Of a stretch of DNA of 64,000 nucleotides, positions 30,225-39,902 are shown one piece after another; the first letter of the stretch is position 1, and each line of letters opens with the position of its first letter. The DNA lies in contig CBDFJF010000002.1 of the NCBI GenBank assembly GCA_965248265.1, positions 4,032,001-4,096,000 of the forward strand, written 5' to 3'. The notes under the pieces are model-generated. The model did not search any database. It was not told the origin of the DNA and worked only from the letters and a program-made list of their open reading frames with translations. Source of the stretch: Candidatus Latescibacterota bacterium. GTDB taxonomy: Bacteria; Latescibacterota; UBA2968; UBA8231. The position numbers were made by a program, and so were the translations under genes.

Positions 30225-31789
30225 GGAAAAGCCGCTACGTACTACTACCCTGCGTCCTTGTCCTCATCCTCGGGGCTTGCACTGCCGAAACCGGAAACGT
30301 GTTCGTGTTCGGCCGCGGATCCGACTCCATCGGGCTCGACCCTGCGCTCGAGAATGACGGAGAGTCCTTCAAGGTCTGCGACAACATCTATGAAACCCTG
30401 GTCACCTACGCCTCGGAATCGACGGCTGTCGTGCCGCTGCTAGCCAGGAGCTGGTCCGTGAGCGAAAACCAGTTGACATGGACCTTTCGACTCCGCACCG
30501 GAGTGCATTTTCACGACGGAACGCCGTTCAACGCCGAGGCCGTATACGTCTCGCTCGCCCGTCAGTTCGACCCCGAGAACCCGTTCCACAAAGTCCAGGG
30601 AGCCTTCAAGTACTGGAAGGACATGGGCATGGATGACGTCGTCGCCCACATGCACGCGGCGGATGATTCCACCTTCGTCGTTCAATTGCAGGAGCCCAAC
30701 GCTACCTTTTTGTCCAACCTGGGGATGAACTTTTGCGCCATCGTCAGCCCCGCTGCTCTGCGCCAACATGGCCGTGATTATTTCAAGAACCCGGTGGGTA
30801 CCGGGCCGTTTCGCTTCGTCGAGTGGCGCAAGGATGAGCGCATCGTACTGGAGCGCTACGACGATTATTGGGGCGAAGCGACCCAACTCGACCGTTTGAT
30901 CTTCAAACCCATTCAAGATCCATCTGTGCGATTCCTGGAGCTGCGCACAGGCTCCATCCATGGCCTCGACAATCTGAGTCCGGAGTTCATCGAGGAGATT
31001 CGCGACGATCCCAACCTGCAGCTGCTCACCCAACCGGGGATGAACGTCGGTTACCTGGCCATGAACATGGAAAGGCCGCCATTCGACGACCCGCGGGTGC
31101 GACTCGCCCTCAATCATGCGATCAACAAGGAGTCTCTGGTCCACAATTTCTACGGGGATTTGGCGATGGCGGCCAAGAACCCGATGCCACCCACGGTCTG
31201 GGGGTATGATGAAGAGACCGAGGCGTACGCCTATGACCCGAAAAGAGCCCGCTGGCTGTTGTCAGAGGCCGGGTACGAGAACGGCTTCCAGACCGAATTA
31301 TGGACGATGCCGGTGCCCCGTCCGTACATGCCGCAACCGGACAAAATCGCGCAGGCGATTCAAGCCGACCTGAGTGTCGTCGGCATCCATGCCGAGATCG
31401 TTTCATGGGAGTGGGGCACCTATCTCGACAAGGTGTCCCAGGGTGAACATCCGATGTGCCTGCTGGGCTGGACCGGCGATAACGGCGACCCGGACAATTT
31501 TCTGTATGTCTTGCTGGATCAAAGTGCCGCCACCAAGCCTGCCCAGAATGTCGCCTTCTACCGTTCCGAAGCATTGCACCAGGTCCTGACGATGGCACGA
31601 CGCGTCACCGATCACGCCGGCCGCGTTGAGCTCTACCGCCAGGCTCAACAGATCATCCATACAGACGTGCCCTGGGTTCCGTTGGTACACGCCACTCAGA
31701 CCATCGCTTTCAGGAAGGAAGTTCGGGGATTCGAGCTGCACCCGACCGGGAGAAAGCGGTTCCGTACCGTCTCCATGAACTCCCCCTGA
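30221..31789 (+). CDS. dppA: Dipeptide/oligopeptide ABC transporter substrate-binding lipoprotein (SBP family 5)
   Basis: Lipobox LGAC; LDPA, IYETLV, GTGPF, MPVPRPYMP and GWTGDNGDPDNF motifs. Confidence 0.92.
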   Translation: MRKSRYVLLPCVLVLILGACTAETGNVFVFGRGSDSIGLDPALENDGESFKVCDNIYETLVTYASESTAVVPLLARSWSVSENQLTWTFRLRTGVHFHDGTPFNAEAVYVSLARQFDPENPFHKVQGAFKYWKDMGMDDVVAHMHAADDSTFVVQLQEPNATFLSNLGMNFCAIVSPAALRQHGRDYFKNPVGTGPFRFVEWRKDERIVLERYDDYWGEATQLDRLIFKPIQDPSVRFLELRTGSIHGLDNLSPEFIEEIRDDPNLQLLTQPGMNVGYLAMNMERPPFDDPRVRLALNHAINKESLVHNFYGDLAMAAKNPMPPTVWGYDEETEAYAYDPKRARWLLSEAGYENGFQTELWTMPVPRPYMPQPDKIAQAIQADLSVVGIHAEIVSWEWGTYLDKVSQGEHPMCLLGWTGDNGDPDNFLYVLLDQSAATKPAQNVAFYRSEALHQVLTMARRVTDHAGRVELYRQAQQIIHTDVPWVPLVHATQTIAFRKEVRGFELHPTGRKRFRTVSMNSP

Positions 31790-31792
31790 CCG

Positions 31793-32800
31793 TTGTACCG
31801 TTTCATTCTAAGACGCCTCGCTCTGTTGGTCCCGACGCTAATCGGGATATCCGCCATCGTGTTCCTGATGGTCCACCTCGTACCAGGAGATCCGGCGCAG
31901 ATCATGCTGGGAGAGCGAGCCGATGCCGAGAGCGTCGCCGCCCTCCGTGCACAGTTGGGACTGGATCAACCACTGCACATCCAATTCCTCAGGTTCTTCG
32001 GCGACTTGCTGCAAGGAGACCTGGGACGTTCGATGCGGACACACGAGCGCGTCACCACGGAGATGCTCGAGCGCTTCCCCGCCACTTGCGAGTTGACGGC
32101 GGCCAGCATGACGCTGGCGATCGTATTCGGCATCGCGTTGGGGATCGCGGCGGCCGTCTACCGCGGTCGCCTCGTCGATCACGTCGGCATGGTGATGGCG
32201 ACAGCCGGCATCTCCATCCCCGTGTTCTGGCTGGCATTGATGCTGATGCTGGTGTTCGCCGTGCAGTGGCCATTGTTGCCGGTTTCTGGCCGTGTCGCCC
32301 CTCATATCGTCTTCGAGGCGCACACCAACTTCTATCTCCTTGACGCGTTGCTCAGCGGCAATCTGGCAGCAGTCTCAGATGTCTTGGCACATCTGGTCCT
32401 GCCCGCCATCGCGCTCGGTACCATCCCCGTGGCCGTCATCGCCCGGATGACTCGCTCCAGCCTTCTGGAAGTTCTCAGTGAAGATTTCATCCGTACGGCG
32501 TGGGCGAAGGGGCTGCCAGGGCGGCTCGTTGTGCTGCGTCACGGCGTCAGGAACGCGCTCATCCCGACGCTGACCGTGATTGGATTGGAGTTTGGTTACT
32601 TGCTAGGAGGCGCCATCATCACGGAAACCGTGTTTGCGTGGCCTGGCCTGGGACGCTGGTTATTCATGGCGGTTCTCGCGCGTGATTTCCGCGCCGTACA
32701 GGGCGGCGTGCTGCTACTCGCGTCCCTGTTCGTCATCATCAATCTGATAGCAGACATCCTGTACGCCTGGTTGGATCCACGCATTCGATATGATGACTGA
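31793..32800 (+). CDS. dppB: Peptide ABC transporter permease DppB
   Basis: PGDPA, LGLDQP, GDLGRS, EAA loop FIRTAWAKGL, ETVFAWPGLG, LDPRI. Confidence 0.95.
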   Translation: MYRFILRRLALLVPTLIGISAIVFLMVHLVPGDPAQIMLGERADAESVAALRAQLGLDQPLHIQFLRFFGDLLQGDLGRSMRTHERVTTEMLERFPATCELTAASMTLAIVFGIALGIAAAVYRGRLVDHVGMVMATAGISIPVFWLALMLMLVFAVQWPLLPVSGRVAPHIVFEAHTNFYLLDALLSGNLAAVSDVLAHLVLPAIALGTIPVAVIARMTRSSLLEVLSEDFIRTAWAKGLPGRLVVLRHGVRNALIPTLTVIGLEFGYLLGGAIITETVFAWPGLGRWLFMAVLARDFRAVQGGVLLLASLFVIINLIADILYAWLDPRIRYDD

Positions 32801-32945
32801 AGCGCCGTGTCATTTACGGCGCTCCATGGCGTTGTTTGCCGTGCTCCTCCACTTCCTCCTATATGATGACCGAAGCGCCGCGTTGTCTGCGGCGATCCTC
32901 CACTTCCTACACGATGATCGAAGCGCCGTGTTTTAACGGCGCTCC
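32788..32945. repeat. Three degenerate REP-like hairpin units at a convergent junction
   Basis: Units start at 32788, 32861 and 32909 with A(T/C)A(T/C)GATGA..GAAGCGCCG and each has an AGCGCCGY...RCGGCG stem. Confidence 0.85.
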
Positions 32946-32946
32946 T

Positions 32947-33750
32947 TTACTGCCAGGGGGCCGGGATGCCGGCCTCCAGGGTTTTGGCGCTCAGTCCCTC
33001 GTCGACCCGGTAGTTCTTGTATTCGAGTTCAAGCCCCACGTCGCCCTGTTCGAAGGTGATGTTGCCTGGTAAGTACACGGGGCCACTCGTTGTCTGCAGT
33101 TCGACGTATCCGCCCAATTCGCGCGTCCATACGATGTGCCCGCGCGAACGGAGTTGCTCCCTGAGCACGAAGCCGTTTTGCAGATCGATCCAGACGAGCC
33201 GCTCCCCTCCACGTCCTCCCACCAACCGAACCATGGCTCGATCGGCCCGCGGGTAGGAGATATCGCTGATGCCCAGCCTGGTTTCCACCTCAGTATCGTC
33301 GTCTCCGGGCCACACAAGGCCAAGCAGCGCGTAGCGCAGATCGTAGTCACCCAGCTCAAAGGGGGTCAGCGATGACAGCAACCCTCCTGTGGCCTCGCCT
33401 TGCCAAGTTTCCTTGCCGGCCACGGCTGTCACGTGCGAACCTCGTAACAGCAACGACAACAGGTGGGCGTATAGAGGACCGCGCACATCGACACGGAACA
33501 GATCGGGCTTCAGATAGAGGATTGAGGCGGTCGCCGAGCGCCGGCTGCCTCCCTGGCGAAACGTGATCCTGGCCTCGGCAGTGAGATCAGCGAACGCCGC
33601 GAGCCCCGAGTGTGCCAACAAGAGCGCGTGCTCTGGACCGTTTTGTGGTGTCCAACTCTGTCTGACAAGCTGGGAAGGGGCACATGCGTTGAGGGCCGTC
33701 AACAAAAGAACGAGGAGTGCGCCCCGAGGGCCGAACTTCGACAGAGACAA
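32947..33750 (-). CDS. Lipoprotein, LolB/DUF4292-like fold (inferred)
   Basis: Lipobox LNAC; KPDLFRVDVRGPL; typical position downstream of a TPR gene. The track start at 33921 lies inside the MITE, so TTG near 33750 is preferred. Confidence 0.65.
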   Translation of the reverse strand: MSLSKFGPRGALLVLLLTALNACAPSQLVRQSWTPQNGPEHALLLAHSGLAAFADLTAEARITFRQGGSRRSATASILYLKPDLFRVDVRGPLYAHLLSLLLRGSHVTAVAGKETWQGEATGGLLSSLTPFELGDYDLRYALLGLVWPGDDDTEVETRLGISDISYPRADRAMVRLVGGRGGERLVWIDLQNGFVLREQLRSRGHIVWTRELGGYVELQTTSGPVYLPGNITFEQGDVGLELEYKNYRVDEGLSAKTLEAGIPAPWQ

Positions 33751-33768
33751 CAGTACCGATCCGCCTAG

Positions 33769-33928
33769 GAGCCCGTTGATAAACCCGCTTTGGAGCTGAG
33801 GCCGAGCAATTTTGGCCGATATCAAGGCGTGCGATCGAGTCGCATCAGTGGGATGCGGCGAGTGAGCACAACGCAGAGATCGGACGAAAGGGCCGGCTTC
33901 AGGCCAAATGGGGTTTTTCAACGGGCTC
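33769..33928. mobile_element. 160-bp MITE-like element with terminal inverted repeats and a CTAG flanking duplication
   Basis: Left end GAGCCCGTTGATAAACCC; right end reverse complement GAGCCCGTTGAAAAACCC (17/18 match). CTAG at 33765-33768 and 33929-33932. No transposase. Confidence 0.85.
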
Positions 33929-35878
33929 CTAGGGCAAACCAGGAGCCGGTGCGCTCAACTTGGCCCGTACCTCGTCGTTATCCGGAAAGAGGTCCAGCGC
34001 CTTGCGCCAATGCTCCGCCGCCTCTCGATCTTTGCCCAGAGCCCGCGAGACGTCGCCGGCATGATCAAAAATCACGGCCTGTTCCTCTATGTGTTCGGTC
34101 GCCTCGTGACCGCTTACCTGCTCCAGAGCTTTTTGCAGATAGTGCTCGGCCTGCTCGAGGTGACCTAGGCGATAGTGAGCCCAGCCCAGGCTGTCAAAGA
34201 AGGCACCATTGTCAGGCTCCAATGCCACGGCTCTGTTCAGCAACTCGACCGCCTCCTCGAGATGGATGCCCCTTTCCGCGTACATGTAGCCGAGATAGTT
34301 GAGGGCGTAGGCGTCCTCTGGCTTCATTTCGATCAGCCGCACAAAGGTCTCGCCGGCGCGTTCGAAGTACTTGTCGTCATCCAACGCCCGGGATGCCTGC
34401 TCCAGACAGCTACCGAGGTAGAACAGGGCGTGCGTGTTGGTCGAGTCCAACCGGGCCGCGTAGCTGAGTTTCTCGATCGCCTCCTCCCACCTGCGCAATC
34501 TCTCCAGTGCGATCCCCCACCGTAGAAACGCATCACTGTGCGTGGAATCCGCGGCCACCGCGACACGGTACTGGGCTATGGCCTCCTGCCAGCGCTGCTG
34601 CCGGCCCAAGGCAAATCCCCAACTGACGCGCAGCGGCGCGGGCTCTTCGACGTGAAGGAGACCGCGCTTGTAGACCTCAATTGCGTCCTCCCACCGCTCC
34701 TGCTGTTCGTACCCCGAGCCCAGGTACTGGTATAGTTTGACCTCACTCGGCAGGTGCTCCAGGCCATTCTCGTAGACCTGCGTGGCGCCATCGAAGCGCT
34801 GATCCTTCTCGAGGGCGGCTCCGCGAAAGAGGTACAGCTTTACACTGTCGGGCATCGTCTGGATGGCCTCGTGCAGAATGCTGTCTGCCCTGTCGAACTC
34901 GTTTTGGTTGATGTAGTACCTGGCCGAATCGAGCCACGGCTCAACGGTTGTTGGCTTCAGCCCGACGATACTCTCGAACACACGGGCGGCTAGTTCGGGC
35001 TTCTTCAAATCTAGCAACACCTTGCCGAGCCGGTACAGAAAGCCAAGGTCCTCCTCGGGCAGGACCATATCGAGGTCGGCAGGGGTGACCAGCATCTGGG
35101 CGAGTTCATACAGTGCCAACGAACGATCTGGAATCGCCTTGGCCGCGCTGCGGTAATACTCAAGGCCTTTCTCGCGATCACCCTTCGATAGGGACAGCTC
35201 GGCCATACCGATCCACGCATCCTCCTGCTGTGGATCGGACTCCAGTACCTGCTCAAACACCTCTTCCGCCTGATCGCGATGGCCGCTGCGTGAGAGAATG
35301 TAGGCGACGTTGACACGCACGTGTGTCGGCGTCGACGGACTCTTCAACAGCCGTTCAAACAGACCGGACAGACGTTCGGTTTGACCCAGATCCATGTAGG
35401 TGCGTGCCAGGTGGGAGTACAGGGGCCAATTGTCAGGTTCTTGCTGCAGCAGGATTTCCAACTCGATCGCTGCCTCTGCCGGCTCACTGGCGGTCTCCAG
35501 CCAGTTGACGAGGCGGTAGCGCAGCTGAATCAAATCAGGGTCAAGCGCCAGGGCCCTGCGGGCAAAGCGGGAGGCCATTCCGTAGTCCTTGATGCGCTCG
35601 TAGTTGCGAGCCAGCTGGGAATAGATGGTCGCGGAGCTCGAATCGATATCGGCCGCACTGCGAAGGGCGACGATGGCCCCCAGGTAGTTGTCCTGTTCCT
35701 CATAGCGCTTGGCCTTGACGAAGTACTGCATGGCCTGCTGTCGCGGAGAGGTCCTGTCGGTGACAGCAGGCCATGGGCGGTTGTCACGTCCGAACAGGCC
35801 GGCGCAGCCCGTCCATAGTGTGACACCGAATAGAAGCACGGATCCAGCAACGAACGAATTTCGAGCAGTCACCTTCAC
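33929..35878 (-). CDS. TPR-repeat lipoprotein
   Basis: Lipobox WTGC, many TPRs, C-terminal ALNYLGYMYAE...FDSLGWAHY...IFDHAGD. Confidence 0.9.
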   Translation of the reverse strand: MKVTARNSFVAGSVLLFGVTLWTGCAGLFGRDNRPWPAVTDRTSPRQQAMQYFVKAKRYEEQDNYLGAIVALRSAADIDSSSATIYSQLARNYERIKDYGMASRFARRALALDPDLIQLRYRLVNWLETASEPAEAAIELEILLQQEPDNWPLYSHLARTYMDLGQTERLSGLFERLLKSPSTPTHVRVNVAYILSRSGHRDQAEEVFEQVLESDPQQEDAWIGMAELSLSKGDREKGLEYYRSAAKAIPDRSLALYELAQMLVTPADLDMVLPEEDLGFLYRLGKVLLDLKKPELAARVFESIVGLKPTTVEPWLDSARYYINQNEFDRADSILHEAIQTMPDSVKLYLFRGAALEKDQRFDGATQVYENGLEHLPSEVKLYQYLGSGYEQQERWEDAIEVYKRGLLHVEEPAPLRVSWGFALGRQQRWQEAIAQYRVAVAADSTHSDAFLRWGIALERLRRWEEAIEKLSYAARLDSTNTHALFYLGSCLEQASRALDDDKYFERAGETFVRLIEMKPEDAYALNYLGYMYAERGIHLEEAVELLNRAVALEPDNGAFFDSLGWAHYRLGHLEQAEHYLQKALEQVSGHEATEHIEEQAVIFDHAGDVSRALGKDREAAEHWRKALDLFPDNDEVRAKLSAPAPGLP

Positions 35879-36741
35879 CCCGATCGCCTCGAAGAGAGTC
35901 GAAACGTCATGCTCTTTGGATCCATCGCGTCACGTAATCCATCCCCCAGCAAGTTGAGACCGAGTGCCACGACAAAAATGGCCAAACCTGGAAATATCAT
36001 CACCCACGGAGCCTTCAGAATAAGCTCCCTTCCACTGTTCAACATCGCCCCCCATTCAGGAGTCGGCGGCTGCGCTCCCAGGCCGAGAAAGCTGAGGCCG
36101 GCAGCGTCGAGGATCGCCGTCGCCAGACTCAGGCTGGTCTGCACGATCAGTGGAGCCATACAATTGGGTAGTATGCTGGAGACCATGATGCGCCAGTCAC
36201 TGGCTCCCAAGGCTCTGGCTGCCTCGACATAAGCCATCTCCCGTACTGACAGGACCGAAGCGCGCACCAGACGGGCGAACTGGGGAATCAGAACGAAGCT
36301 CACCGCGATCATCACGTTGTCGATACCGGGGCCCATGATGGCGACGACGGCAATGGCCAGCAGAATGCTCGGAAACGCCAGCATCAGATCGACCAGGCGC
36401 ATGATGATGACATCTGCGATGCCACCGCGATATCCAGCTGCCAGACCCATGCAGGTGCCCATCGTCAAAGCGATCGAGATACAGATCAGGCCGATGCGCA
36501 GAGAAATGCGGGATCCATAGATGACCCGGCTGAGAATATCTCTGCCGAACTCATCAGTCCCCATGGGGTATTGCATCGAGGGGGGCTTTAGCCGCTCGTA
36601 CAGGTTCTGCGCGAGTGGGTCGTGTGGTGCCAGCACGGGCGCCAGCAGGGCGACGATGGTCAGCCCCAGAACGATGATGCTACCGACCAGGGCCAGTGGA
36701 TAGGGCTGCAGACGAGTCCGGAGCGCGGCAACCAAGGTCAA
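35875..36741 (-). CDS. dppC: Peptide ABC transporter permease DppC
   Basis: MGTDEFGRDILSRVIYGSRISL, EAA loop YVEAARALGA, LSFLGLG...PEWG, GDGLRDAMDP. Confidence 0.95.
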   Translation of the reverse strand: MTLVAALRTRLQPYPLALVGSIIVLGLTIVALLAPVLAPHDPLAQNLYERLKPPSMQYPMGTDEFGRDILSRVIYGSRISLRIGLICISIALTMGTCMGLAAGYRGGIADVIIMRLVDLMLAFPSILLAIAVVAIMGPGIDNVMIAVSFVLIPQFARLVRASVLSVREMAYVEAARALGASDWRIMVSSILPNCMAPLIVQTSLSLATAILDAAGLSFLGLGAQPPTPEWGAMLNSGRELILKAPWVMIFPGLAIFVVALGLNLLGDGLRDAMDPKSMTFRLSSRRSG

Positions 36742-36748
36742 TCCCAGC

Positions 36749-37723
36749 CTAGTTGGCTTTGACAGTCTGGTCTACGATACCCTGGAGATCCTGCAAGGAC
36801 AGGGGCTTTTCGAGAAACCCGTCAAAACCGAGTCGGGCGATCTCATCCGTGTCGGCATAACCGGAAATCGCCAGGATGGGCAGCGACGGAAACTGACTGC
36901 GCATACGTCCGAGCAACTCCCTGCCATCCATCACTGGCATATTGATATCCGAAATCACGAGATCCAGCTTTTCCTCCTGAATGACATCTAATGCTTGCTC
37001 GCCGTTCTCCGCTTCGAGCACCTCGTACAGCGGCAGGGCGCGCTTGACGAGCGTGCGAATGTCCGCCTCGTCATCGACGACCAACAGGCGCGGCACCATC
37101 TCCTTCACCTGATCGTTGATCTGCAGCTCGATTTCCTCCGCATCGCGTCCGGCCGACTCCGCCGCCATCCCCATGGCGATCTCGGTACGTCGCTGCTGCA
37201 GATCGAGTCGTCGTTCGAGCACCGCGATTCTGCCTTCGTAGCGATCGCTCTCCACCTGATAGTCTCTTATGCGAACGTTGTCGTTGCTGAGTTTCGAAGA
37301 GAGAACTTCGATGATGGCCTTGTGCACCTTGCCATGCATATCCTCATCTTCACTCAACGCCAGATCAAATTGGGCCTTCTGGATGATGAAAATCGCCGTC
37401 GGACGGGTTACCTCCACGGTCGCGGAGCGCGGTTGTCCGGTAACCACGCCCATTTCACCGACTGTCGTCACCGGCAGAATCGTAGCCACCTTCATGCCTT
37501 CCGGCGTCACGATGGCGACTTCCCCGGAAAGCAGAATATACATCTCGTCACTTGGCGTGTTGCTTCGGCACACCAACTCACCCGGCTCATACTGCTTGTG
37601 GCTGCACAACGACAGAATGCGCTTGACCTGCGAGGGAGAAAGACCGGTGAAGATCGGTATCTTTCGCAGAACCTGGATGAGCAGCTTTTCTCTGTCTTTA
37701 TTCGGTTTCGATCCGGTGCTCAT
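36749..37723 (-). CDS. cNMP-binding domain + coiled coil + response regulator receiver
   Basis: YILLSGEV...VGEMG...RSATV (cNMP); LVVDDE...ISDINMPVMDG...LEKP (receiver). Confidence 0.9.
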   Translation of the reverse strand: MSTGSKPNKDREKLLIQVLRKIPIFTGLSPSQVKRILSLCSHKQYEPGELVCRSNTPSDEMYILLSGEVAIVTPEGMKVATILPVTTVGEMGVVTGQPRSATVEVTRPTAIFIIQKAQFDLALSEDEDMHGKVHKAIIEVLSSKLSNDNVRIRDYQVESDRYEGRIAVLERRLDLQQRRTEIAMGMAAESAGRDAEEIELQINDQVKEMVPRLLVVDDEADIRTLVKRALPLYEVLEAENGEQALDVIQEEKLDLVISDINMPVMDGRELLGRMRSQFPSLPILAISGYADTDEIARLGFDGFLEKPLSLQDLQGIVDQTVKAN

Positions 37724-37818
37724 GGATATCTCTCATTGACACAACCAACAACGGCGTTGGTGCCGAATATATGCCAGGCGACTGGGGTCGGGTAGCGTCT
37801 TGCGCTACGGAACCGGCC

Positions 37819-39744
37819 CTATTGATCACAGCAACTCGACGAAGCGGTCACTGCCACGGAACTATTCGGGTCCTCGGACCCGGATAGTTCAAAAGACTCA
37901 GAAGAGTCGCAAGACTCTGCTGAGTCTTCATCGTCGCAGCAGGAATGGGAATCCCCCCTTCCCTCTCCGGTGTCATCCTCATCCTCACCGAGAAAATTGA
38001 ACAATTCGCCGACGAACCGACGGGGGCCCTGCCGGAGCAATGACAACATGCACAACAGCGCGAAAAGGACGAGTCCGATTTCTTCCAGCAGGCTACCCGA
38101 TACGTGACCGTGGGCGATTTCCGTCTGGCCTGTCTCCAGGGAAGGCAAGGCATTGACTATCCGCCCCAGAACGACGGCGAGTAGCGTGATCAAGGCACCG
38201 AAAGCGAGGGCGATTCGACGCCCGTGAAGCTGGGACAGCACGCCGAAGGTCGTCACATTTGTGGCTGGCCCCGTGAGCAGGAACGCCAGCGCCGCGCCCG
38301 GTGACACGCCCTTCAGAATCAGAATCGCAACCAGCGGTGTGGCGCCAGCGGCGCAGACATACACGGGAATACCGAGTAAGGCGAAGAACTCCACTTCGAA
38401 TGCCGCCGGCAAGGAGTCGATCCATTCGCTCTCGAGCAACGGGGACGCCAATGCCGCGACGACCAACCCGAGCAGAATCCACGGCACGGTGGAATCGACG
38501 ACCTCCTTCGCCCCCTCCCACGCCGCTTTCAAACGCTGAACCAGACTCGTCGCCGGAAGGTCCTCATGGGCGTGCGAATCCGCTCCATCGGCGACAGACA
38601 GCTTTGGCACCAGCCGCCCCAGTCCCCAGCCGACTACCAAGGCGACCAGGCCAGCGCCAACAACCCGGACGATGGTCATGTCTGCACCCAGCAGTGGGAA
38701 CGAGATCAGGACGGCATCCAGACTCAACTCCGGCGTCGCCACGAGGAATGACATGCCCGCCGTCGCCGGCACACCGCGCACGACGAGGCTGCGATAAACC
38801 GGAACGACGCCACACGAGCATATCGGCAACGGCAGTCCGAAGCCAACTCCCCTCAAGGACTGACTGAAACTTCGGCCGCGGGCCATCCAGTCCAGGGAAG
38901 CGCGAGGCAGCAACCCGTACACGGCCCCGGCGGCCAGGTAAGCGAAAACCAGTGCGGGAGCCGACTGAAGCGCCAGCGCATACAAGACATCCAGGGCGGC
39001 CAGGAACTTGGCTCCAAGATCGTGAGCGCTCGACATCCACCACAGCAAGACCGCCCCACCCAGGGCACCCAGTCCCGCCTGCCAGCGAGCGGCATCCGTC
39101 CCCGCCCCTGCCACCGGATAGGAACGGTGCAGAACCACGTGCACGAGAGAGCCAGCCACGAAGGCCTGAAATACGCCGAAGCCGTTGGCATTCTCAAGCA
39201 CACTTGCGAAGGCGTCTCCCGAAGCGAAACCGACTGCCGTGGCCACGGCGATCAGCAACAGGCAACCCAAAGCCGCTTTGAGACCGTAGAGAGGCCGCAG
39301 CAGGAACCAGACCGTCAGTCCGATCGGCAAGCGATGGACGACCACGGCCATCGGCAGCATATGTCCGCCATCGGCGTGCCCGGCGCTGTCGCTCGCCGCT
39401 ATCGCTGTCAGTGCCAGACCGTCGGTGAAGGCGTGTAGGGCAATGGCGACAAGCCCAAGCAGCAGCGCGAGGTTGTGAACCTGACGTGCGAGGCTGTGGA
39501 GCCGGTGTTCGAGCACCGTCGGCGCCAGCAAGCCGGTCAGAGCGGCCACCCCGGCCACCCACCCACCCAGACCGATGCTGTGTGGCAGGATATAGATGAG
39601 TACCAGCCCGATGATGGTGACGTAGACGAAACCATCCAGGGCCGCTGACATGACTGAAGTGAAGCGGGAGACCTGATAGACGATCGGTCCCACGGCAAGC
39701 ACTAACAGACTGAGGGCCAGTAGATTGAGCTCTGATTCGATCAT
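37819..39744 (-). CDS. ZIP-like domain fused to a DUF318/ArsP-type permease (putative metal transporter)
   Basis: N-half LHAFTDG and VHRLPIG; C-half PLPICSCGVVP, YVCAAGATP and FLLTGPATN; acidic Cys-rich tail. Confidence 0.8.
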   Translation of the reverse strand: MIESELNLLALSLLVLAVGPIVYQVSRFTSVMSAALDGFVYVTIIGLVLIYILPHSIGLGGWVAGVAALTGLLAPTVLEHRLHSLARQVHNLALLLGLVAIALHAFTDGLALTAIAASDSAGHADGGHMLPMAVVVHRLPIGLTVWFLLRPLYGLKAALGCLLLIAVATAVGFASGDAFASVLENANGFGVFQAFVAGSLVHVVLHRSYPVAGAGTDAARWQAGLGALGGAVLLWWMSSAHDLGAKFLAALDVLYALALQSAPALVFAYLAAGAVYGLLPRASLDWMARGRSFSQSLRGVGFGLPLPICSCGVVPVYRSLVVRGVPATAGMSFLVATPELSLDAVLISFPLLGADMTIVRVVGAGLVALVVGWGLGRLVPKLSVADGADSHAHEDLPATSLVQRLKAAWEGAKEVVDSTVPWILLGLVVAALASPLLESEWIDSLPAAFEVEFFALLGIPVYVCAAGATPLVAILILKGVSPGAALAFLLTGPATNVTTFGVLSQLHGRRIALAFGALITLLAVVLGRIVNALPSLETGQTEIAHGHVSGSLLEEIGLVLFALLCMLSLLRQGPRRFVGELFNFLGEDEDDTGEGRGDSHSCCDDEDSAESCDSSESFELSGSEDPNSSVAVTASSSCCDQ

Positions 39745-39902
39745 ATCGATGATTGCGGTGTGATGCGATTGGAATTCGGCAGCACCTTGGCGAATTATTC
39801 ATATTAATGTATCAGTCCACTGCACATATATCCACCAACCCCCACCCCCCAACCCACAACCGGTCGATGCTGCGCCGACGTGGGAGACCATTTCACGGCG
39901 TT

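Noticed and set aside
32788-32945. Possible mini-CRISPR or attC array
   Set aside because: The repeats are degenerate, the linkers are repeated rather than unique, and no cas or integrase gene is present.
33751-33921. N-terminal 57 aa of track ORF 32947-33921
   Set aside because: Most of it derives from the MITE. The lipoprotein signal begins downstream.
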